From positions 1,984,001-2,048,000 of the forward strand of contig OZ241322.1 of assembly GCA_965199715.1 (NCBI GenBank): a DNA stretch of 64,000 nt, read 5' to 3'. The position numbers and the translations under genes were made by a program. The notes below the pieces were generated by a model. That model was not told the origin of the DNA. It ran no database searches and was given only the letters and a program-made list of their open reading frames with translations. Shown piece by piece: positions 58,272 through 64,000 of the stretch. This DNA is from Vicinamibacteria bacterium. GTDB lineage: Bacteria; Acidobacteriota; Vicinamibacteria; Marinacidobacterales; Marinacidobacteraceae. Numbering within the stretch: the stretch's first letter is position 1; each line of letters begins with the position of its first letter.

Positions 58272-59131
58272 TCGGGGATCACCGAGGGGGGCACGCCCGT
58301 GCGCCGGCTGCCGGCGTCCTTCCAGGCGTCGTAGCGCAGTCGCAGGGTGCGCACCGGGTTCGCGTTCTCGTGCGGCTGGACGTCCTCGTCGGTCACGCTC
58401 AGGTACGCGTAGTAGTCGCCGTCGTTGTGCGACTCGCCGAGCGCGTCGTCCCGGTTCGCGATCGCGATGTAGGCGACGTGCGAGGTCTTGCCGTCGCAGG
58501 GCGCCGCCGGCTTCGGAGCCTCCTCGCAGGTGCAGCGCCGGTCCCCTCCCGCCGCGTCGGCGGCCTCCATGGCGGCCATCACCCGGTCGGCGAGCGTTCC
58601 CTTCGCCCGGGTGAACGCGAGCACCGCGTCCTCCGCCACGTCATCGTCGGAGAGGATGTTGCCCTGCACCTGGACGAGCACGTCGTCGCCGGCCTGTCCG
58701 AACACATGGAGCGCCGCCGCGCCGTTGCCGTCGCCGCTGAAGCCGGCGCTGCGCCCCTGAAGGTCGAGGATGCCGAACTGGCGCCGCTCCATCTGCGACT
58801 CCGCCTTGCGCTCCTCCTGCTCGCGGAGCAGCTCGAGGATGCGCTCCGGATCGGTGCCCTTCCTCAGCTCCTCGTACACGAGCCGCTGGTTCGCGCGCGT
58901 GTTGTCCACCCCCGCCTGGCACGCCGCGACCCCGACCCCGGGCACGATCACCGCCTGGATGTCCATGAGGTCGCGCGACGGGCGCGGCGGGAAGCGGGAC
59001 TGCCGCACGCAGGTCGCCGAGGCGATGATGACCTGCCCGGAATTCCGGTCCACCGCGATCACCGACCAGGTCGCGAGCGCGGCGGCGGGAGCGAGCAGCG
59101 AGAGGGCGAGGAGGACGCCGATTCGTCTCAT
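58268..59131 (-). CDS. DUF1028 family (Ntn-hydrolase-like) secreted protein
   Basis: Signal ALA then TWSVIAVD (N-terminal Thr), RQFGI, VQGNIL, GGDRRC. Confidence 0.85.
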   Translation of the reverse strand: MRRIGVLLALSLLAPAAALATWSVIAVDRNSGQVIIASATCVRQSRFPPRPSRDLMDIQAVIVPGVGVAACQAGVDNTRANQRLVYEELRKGTDPERILELLREQEERKAESQMERRQFGILDLQGRSAGFSGDGNGAAALHVFGQAGDDVLVQVQGNILSDDDVAEDAVLAFTRAKGTLADRVMAAMEAADAAGGDRRCTCEEAPKPAAPCDGKTSHVAYIAIANRDDALGESHNDGDYYAYLSVTDEDVQPHENANPVRTLRLRYDAWKDAGSRRTGVPPSVIPE

Positions 59132-59154
59132 GGTCCGCCAATGGTGCCAGAAGC

Positions 59155-59844
59155 TCACCCGATCCCGAGCGCGGCCTCGCTGACGGCGAGCAGCAGGTAG
59201 AGGATTCCCGCGCTTCCGAGCGGCACGGTGAGGTTGTCGGTTCCGAAGGGGCTGACCGCCTCGAGCCCGGCGGCGGCGGTGCCGACCACGAGCCCGAACG
59301 CCGCCGCCGGGTGCGGCTCGAGCGCGCCCATCCCCCACAGCGTTCCCGCGATGGCGGCCCCCGAGACGAGGAACATCGCGAGGCTCCCCTCCATCGTCCG
59401 CGACGCGCCGAAGATCGAGAAGCGGCGGGTCCCGTAGCGCTTGCCGCACACGTTCGCCGCCGCGTCGCCGAGCGCCATGGCGAGCAGGCCGGCCACCGCG
59501 ACGTGCGCCAGGTCGTCCGGCGATCCGGGCCGGAAGCAGAGCGCGAGGAGCGCCGCGAAGGAGATGGGGAAGAACACGATCCCCGGATTCGTGGGATCGT
59601 CGCCGAGCGTCGGGACCAGCCGGAACCGATAGATCGCGAAGTTGACCGCGGTGAAGACGAGCGGCGGGATCACGGCCATGCGCCACCCCGAGAACAGCAG
59701 CACCGTGGGGATCGCGACGAGGCCGATCCCGACGTGGACGAAGGTGCGGGCGCTCTCCCCACGGAGGACTCCGCGCCGGCGCAGCAGCTCCGCCGCGAGA
59801 GCGACGGCTCCGACGTACCCGAAGGTCAGCGCCAGCGGGATCAC
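59155..59844 (-). CDS. Phytol/dolichol kinase-like (CTP-transferase family) membrane protein
   Basis: RTFVHVG, GDAAANVCG, RTMEGS, DNLTVP. Confidence 0.85.
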   Translation of the reverse strand: MIPLALTFGYVGAVALAAELLRRRGVLRGESARTFVHVGIGLVAIPTVLLFSGWRMAVIPPLVFTAVNFAIYRFRLVPTLGDDPTNPGIVFFPISFAALLALCFRPGSPDDLAHVAVAGLLAMALGDAAANVCGKRYGTRRFSIFGASRTMEGSLAMFLVSGAAIAGTLWGMGALEPHPAAAFGLVVGTAAAGLEAVSPFGTDNLTVPLGSAGILYLLLAVSEAALGIG

Positions 59845-60419
59845 GCCGGCGCCCCCGGAACCGGAATCCCGCCGTCGGCGGCGAGCCGGAGGACCAGCTC
59901 CGGCGGCAGCCCCACGACCCCCGTGAACGAGCCCCGGATCGCGGCGCCGAGCGTCCCTCCCTGGCCCTGGAGCCCGTAGCCGCCCGCCTTGTCGCGGCCT
60001 TCTCCCGACGCGGCGTACCGTGCGATCTCGCCCTCGCCGAGCTTCCGGAAGCGCACCTCGGTGGATCCGGTCGTCGAACGGGTCGCGCCTCCCGCGACCC
60101 CGGTATGCGCCCGGTGCGCCCGCCCGGAGAGGAGCCGCAGCATGTCCCGGTGCGCGACGACCGATTCGGGCTTGCCGAGAATCCGGTCCCCCACCGCGAC
60201 CAAGTTGTCCGCGCCCAGCACGACGGCCGAGGGCCGCAGCGCCGCGACCGTCTCCGCCTTGAGCCGGGCGAGGCGCTCGGTCAACCGATCCGGCGGTTCG
60301 CCCGGCAGCCGCGCCTCGTCCACGTCGGGAGCGTCCACCACGTGCGGCACCCCGAGATCGCGCCGCAGCGCGGTCCGCCGGGGCGAGGATGAGCCGAGCA
60401 CCCACGCCGCGGCGGTCAT
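59841..60419 (-). CDS. maf: Maf family nucleoside triphosphate pyrophosphatase
   Basis: LGSSSPRR, LGAD, ILGKP, DKAGGYGLQG, VVGLP. Confidence 0.9.
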   Translation of the reverse strand: MTAAAWVLGSSSPRRTALRRDLGVPHVVDAPDVDEARLPGEPPDRLTERLARLKAETVAALRPSAVVLGADNLVAVGDRILGKPESVVAHRDMLRLLSGRAHRAHTGVAGGATRSTTGSTEVRFRKLGEGEIARYAASGEGRDKAGGYGLQGQGGTLGAAIRGSFTGVVGLPPELVLRLAADGGIPVPGAPA

Positions 60420-61036
60420 CCGGCGGTCTCCCGCGCGCGGAGGTACTCGTCCCAGGCGTCCACGTCGAGAAGCTCGCGGGCGTCCGCCCGCGCGATCGCG
60501 ACCCGCTCCCAACGTTTCCGAAGGAGGGCGGCGGCTCCGCGGTCCGCGTCGCGCGACCCCGCGAGCTCGGGGAGCAGCTTGCGGGCGAGCGCCACCGGAT
60601 GCCCCCACGAACCGGCCCGCTCCATGTCCTCGGTGGCGGCCGCCGCGGCGACCGCATCCGGCCTCCGCGCCCCGAGCACCCGCCGCACGAGTTCCGCCGA
60701 CAGGTACGGCTGGTCCGCCGGAGCGATCACGAACCACCCGGCCCCCGAGCGCCGGGCCGCCTCCCGCGCCCCGCAGCGTAGCGAGGAGAGCATCCCCGAG
60801 CGCCACGCTGGATTGAGCGCGACCCGAACTTCGGGGACGCCCTTCAGCGCGCGGCTCACCTCTCGACTCCGGCAGCCGAGCACGGCGACGACGGGCCGGA
60901 GCCCGGCCTCCGCCAGCGCTTCCGCGGCGGCCCGGACCAAGGGACGGCCGGAGCGGTCGGGATGCGGCAGCAGCGCCTTGGCGCGGCCCCCCATCCGCCG
61001 CGACTCGCCGGCGGCGAGGAGGATCGCCGCCGCCCC
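60416..61036 (-). CDS. MocA/MobA-like NTP transferase (molybdenum cofactor cytidylyltransferase-like); start unresolved
   Basis: In-frame AILLAAGESRRMG..KALL, NPAWRSGMLSSL, ADQP, GHPV, LDVD; the first ATG (60994) falls inside the N-terminal motif. Confidence 0.85.
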   Translation of the reverse strand, partial: GAAAILLAAGESRRMGGRAKALLPHPDRSGRPLVRAAAEALAEAGLRPVVAVLGCRSREVSRALKGVPEVRVALNPAWRSGMLSSLRCGAREAARRSGAGWFVIAPADQPYLSAELVRRVLGARRPDAVAAAAATEDMERAGSWGHPVALARKLLPELAGSRDADRGAAALLRKRWERVAIARADARELLDVDAWDEYLRARETAG

Positions 61037-61037
61037 G

Positions 61038-61694
61038 TCAGTGCTCGCCTTCGCCCTCCACGACGAAGCCGATCGTGAGTCCCCCCGCCCACGGCCAGCC
61101 GAGGGCGTAGCCGCCGGCGTCGTCCTCGAAGATCGTCGGCTCGGCGATGCCCGCGTAGTTGGGAGTGATGCTCATCACCGCCGGATGGCCGAGGCCGGTC
61201 GCGGCGAAGCTCATGACGTTCAGGTCGGCCTGCCCCCATCCCGCCTCCAGCGCGGAGTCCTCGGCGACCGGAACCAGCAGCACGAAGTCGAGATGCACCG
61301 AGACGCCCATGTGGTTCCCGTCCTCGGGCCGGTTGCCGTACCGCATCGTGAACACGCCCGGCTCGATCCGGTTGCCCTTGTAGTCGGACCACGTCCCGTC
61401 GATCCGGACCACGCCGACGAGCGTCCCCACCCCGAGCTCGGGGAAGCTCGCTCCCTGGCTCGCGTTCTCGCCCGAGGGCTGGTCGGCGCGCAGCCAGAAG
61501 TCGAGGTTCACGCCGGATTCGAGCGTCGCACGAACCCCGTCGGCGTGCAGCGCGTCGCGGATTTCCGCCGCGATCTCCCCGGGCGGGGGGCCGTCGGCGG
61601 CGCCCAGCGTCGGCTCGGCGGCCGCCGGACTCGCGAGCGCGCCAGCGAGGGCAAGCAGAACGGGGCGAAGCCCACGGAACATCGACGGACCCAT
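61038..61694 (-). CDS. Secreted hypothetical protein
   Basis: Signal peptide; motif GVFTMRYGNRPEDGNHMG; C-terminal GEGEH. Confidence 0.75.
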   Translation of the reverse strand: MGPSMFRGLRPVLLALAGALASPAAAEPTLGAADGPPPGEIAAEIRDALHADGVRATLESGVNLDFWLRADQPSGENASQGASFPELGVGTLVGVVRIDGTWSDYKGNRIEPGVFTMRYGNRPEDGNHMGVSVHLDFVLLVPVAEDSALEAGWGQADLNVMSFAATGLGHPAVMSITPNYAGIAEPTIFEDDAGGYALGWPWAGGLTIGFVVEGEGEH

Positions 61695-61705
61695 CCTCTC
61701 CGGAA

Positions 61706-62377
61706 TCAGCGGACGAAGCTGCCGACGAACGCGCTGCGCTTCAGCGGACAGCTCCACGTGGCGTTGAAGTCGTCGCCCCGGAACGCGTGCTTCTCGGTGT
61801 ACGCCGGAACCGCGCTCTCCACGTCGGTCAGCGGGTCGTAGTACACGAACTCGCTGCCGCAGAGGTGATCCTTGTGACCGATGGCGCGCGTCTCCAGATC
61901 GACCAGCTCGCCGGCCTTCAGCGAGGCGTAGCCCGGACGGCCGTCGAACTCGGTTTCCACGGTTTCGTCGTGGATCCCCCGGACCCGGTCGAGCAGCTCG
62001 CCGCCCATTTCGCGGGCGAACTGGATGAGCGCGGTCCGCTGGTCGGAATCCGCGTTCCGGTCCACGATCAGCACGGAATCGGCCGGATACGGAGTCGCGT
62101 GCGGATCGCCGAGCGTCGCCTTCGCCTTCACGACCGCGACGACGTTGAGCCCGGCGAGCGGTACGCCCTCGTAGCTCCCCTCGGAGATGCTCCAGGCGAG
62201 GATGGCCTCCCGCCCGGCGAGGCCCACCTCGCTGTTCGCGAAGCAGTGCCCGGCGTACACGTCCGCCGTCCGCGCCTCGAGGTACAGGCCCTCGAGCGTG
62301 GAATCCGATTCGGCGGCGCCGGCGGCCCCGCCGAGAAAAAGCGCCGCGAAACCGACGCTGACGAGCTTCCTGACCAT
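61706..62377 (-). CDS. Secreted DUF1326-like protein
   Basis: Signal peptide; YLEARTADVYAGHCFANSE, GVPLAGLNVV, HLCGSE. Confidence 0.7.
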   Translation of the reverse strand: MVRKLVSVGFAALFLGGAAGAAESDSTLEGLYLEARTADVYAGHCFANSEVGLAGREAILAWSISEGSYEGVPLAGLNVVAVVKAKATLGDPHATPYPADSVLIVDRNADSDQRTALIQFAREMGGELLDRVRGIHDETVETEFDGRPGYASLKAGELVDLETRAIGHKDHLCGSEFVYYDPLTDVESAVPAYTEKHAFRGDDFNATWSCPLKRSAFVGSFVR

Positions 62378-62454
62378 GAGGTGTCTCCGATCCGAAGGGC
62401 GGGCGGAGGCCCCGCCCGGAAGTTGGCTGACTCTAGCGCAGTCGTCGGGCGCGC

Positions 62455-62715
62455 TCACCACGCCCGCTCGAAGCACGGACGCCCGGCGCCCTCGGAGCAG
62501 CGGTCGCGGTCCGCGACCCTGCCGTCCGGGCCGAGGCAGTTCTGGGTGTGGGCGCACCAGAAGTAGCCGTCCCCGGGGACGCCTCCCGGCACCGTGGGGT
62601 CGTACTCCACGTCCATGTACATGGCCTTGGAGCGCAGCCGATGGCACATCGACAGCGCGGCCCGTCCGGCGGCCCCGGGAACCGCGGTCTTCGCAGTGGC
62701 GGTCAGCTTGGCCAT
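62455..62715 (-). CDS. Small Cys-rich hypothetical protein
   Basis: 86 aa with 5 Cys (CHRLRSK, FWCAHTQNCLGPD, RC, PCF); starts 4 nt after the FAD subunit stop. Confidence 0.7.
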   Translation of the reverse strand: MAKLTATAKTAVPGAAGRAALSMCHRLRSKAMYMDVEYDPTVPGGVPGDGYFWCAHTQNCLGPDGRVADRDRCSEGAGRPCFERAW

Positions 62716-62719
62716 CGTG

Positions 62720-63670
62720 TCAGCCCTCCATGGCTGCGAGCGCGGCGCGCTTCACCGCGACCCGCGTCAACTGGATCTTGTAGCCGTTGCCCGACAGCGC
62801 CGTCGCGCCGGAGACCGCGGCGTCGCCCGCGGCGCTGGCGGACGCTTCCGAGATCCCCCCGGCGAGCGCGTCGCCCGCAGCGGTCGCGATCCACGGAGCG
62901 GGCGCGACCTGTCCCAGCACGACCCGCGCGCCGCCGTCGCGGGCGGCCACGCTCGCGGTCGCGAGCGGCCAATCGAAGCCCTTGCGGTTCTTCACCGCGT
63001 AGCTGGCGTTCCGGCTCGATCCCATCGGGATCGTCACGGCGGTCACGATCTCTCCGGCGGCGAGCGTGAACTCGCTCTCGTCGCTCGAGGCCGGCGTGCG
63101 GTAGAGATCCTCGAGCGGCATGGTCCGTTCGCCGTCCGGTCCGAACACGCTCGCCGTCGCGCCGAGCGCCACCAGCGGCGGGGCCACGATCGAGGGGTTC
63201 ACGAATGCCGCGGCGCCCGAGTTCCCCAAGATCGCGTGGTACCGGTTGTCGCCCTTCTTCGGCATGGACTCGCCCTCATGCATCGGGACGAGGCCGAAGC
63301 CGGCGCGGAAGTACCAGCAGCGGGGACGGTGGCAGAGGTCGCCGCCGAGCGTGCGCATCGTCAGCACCTGCCGGCTGCCGATGCTGTCGATGGCCTGCGC
63401 CAGCGCGGGGAACCGGGACTGGATCGAGCGGGACTCGGCCAGCGGGCCGAGCCGGGTGGTCGCGCCGATCCGGAACCCGTCCCCGGTCTCGCCGGCGCCC
63501 TCGAGGTCGGCGATCCCCTTCAGGTTGACGAGCCGGGAAGGCGCGACCGCGCCGTCCTTCATCAGGCTCAGCAGGTCGCTTCCCCCGGCGAACGCGACCG
63601 CGCCCGGCATGGCGAGGTGCTGGACCGCCTCCTCGGCAGTCCGGGGGCTCACGTACTCGAAGGCTCGCAT
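62720..63670 (-). CDS. Xanthine dehydrogenase family FAD-binding subunit (YagS/PaoB-like)
   Basis: FEYVSP, AGGSDL, TLGGDLCHRPRCWYFR, NGYKI. Confidence 0.92.
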   Translation of the reverse strand: MRAFEYVSPRTAEEAVQHLAMPGAVAFAGGSDLLSLMKDGAVAPSRLVNLKGIADLEGAGETGDGFRIGATTRLGPLAESRSIQSRFPALAQAIDSIGSRQVLTMRTLGGDLCHRPRCWYFRAGFGLVPMHEGESMPKKGDNRYHAILGNSGAAAFVNPSIVAPPLVALGATASVFGPDGERTMPLEDLYRTPASSDESEFTLAAGEIVTAVTIPMGSSRNASYAVKNRKGFDWPLATASVAARDGGARVVLGQVAPAPWIATAAGDALAGGISEASASAAGDAAVSGATALSGNGYKIQLTRVAVKRAALAAMEG

Positions 63671-64000
63671 CAGGCATTCCCTCCCGCATCGAGGGCGGCG
63701 AGCACCCTCTCCGGTGTCATGGGCATCTCGTTGATCGGGACTCCGGCGGCGTTGCTGGCCGCGTTCGCGATCGCCGCGCCGGGGGCGATCACCGGCGGTT
63801 CGCCGAGACCGATCACGCCGCGTTCGTCGTAGCCGGGGCCGGTCATCATGTGGACGATCATCTCGCCCACGTCGGCGATGCCGGCCAGCTTGTAGAACTC
63901 CATCTCGGCGTTCAGCATCCTCCCGCTGACCGGATCGAAGATCCGCTCCTCGGTGAGCGCGTACGTGACGCCCATGATGAGCGCCCCGTACACCTGGCTC
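63670..64000 (-). CDS. Xanthine dehydrogenase family molybdopterin-binding subunit, C-terminal part (runs off the window)
   Basis: SQVYGALIMG, GLGEPP (catalytic Glu), AIANA, PMTPERVL. Confidence 0.9.
   Translation of the reverse strand, partial: SQVYGALIMGVTYALTEERIFDPVSGRMLNAEMEFYKLAGIADVGEMIVHMMTGPGYDERGVIGLGEPPVIAPGAAIANAASNAAGVPINEMPMTPERVLAALDAGGNA

Noticed and set aside
58268-60806. Long ORFs suggesting fusions among DUF1028, kinase, Maf and MocA genes (also 27740..28831 and 61706..62647)
   Set aside because: The upstream portions are off-frame reads of the preceding gene; each product has its own start, several with 4-bp stop/start overlaps

Overview
Very GC-rich (roughly 70% by eye), gene-dense bacterial window with about 60 coding regions. 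The gene content (Oar-type TonB receptor with an N-terminal carboxypeptidase-regulatory-like domain, CRTAC1/ASPIC-UnbV protein, many TPR and secreted amidohydrolase-type proteins) suggests Acidobacteriota; this is inference. Housekeeping/metabolic genes: trkH (partial), acs, ctaA/ctaB, a heme-type TonB receptor, ggt, glnS, an isolated soxCD pair, the rubrerythrin / Fe-S oxidoreductase / DUF3501 triad, a sensor kinase plus REC-PP2C regulator, lat, maf, a btuF/btuC-like pair and the 3' end of a xanthine-dehydrogenase-family operon. I saw no tRNA, rRNA, CRISPR array or intact IS. Most notable observations: (1) a molybdoenzyme operon with three uncharacterised accessory genes and an FAD subunit lacking most PaoB-type Fe-S cysteines; (2) a ~190-nt multi-hairpin RNA/uORF behind a near-consensus sigma70 promoter, in front of a Ser-to-Ala alpha/beta-hydrolase lipoprotein; (3) an in-frame RecQ-N-terminus::DprA deletion fusion; (4) a window-wide pattern of -10 boxes 6-9 nt before start codons (leaderless mRNAs), with compact bidirectional promoters; (5) an exported amino-acid-oxidation module (lipoprotein RidA, Tat HD-domain protein, circularly permuted and frameshifted D-amino-acid oxidase); (6) a sigma54-like promoter architecture before the large TonB operon. 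All assignments come from motif recognition by eye; no database search was run.
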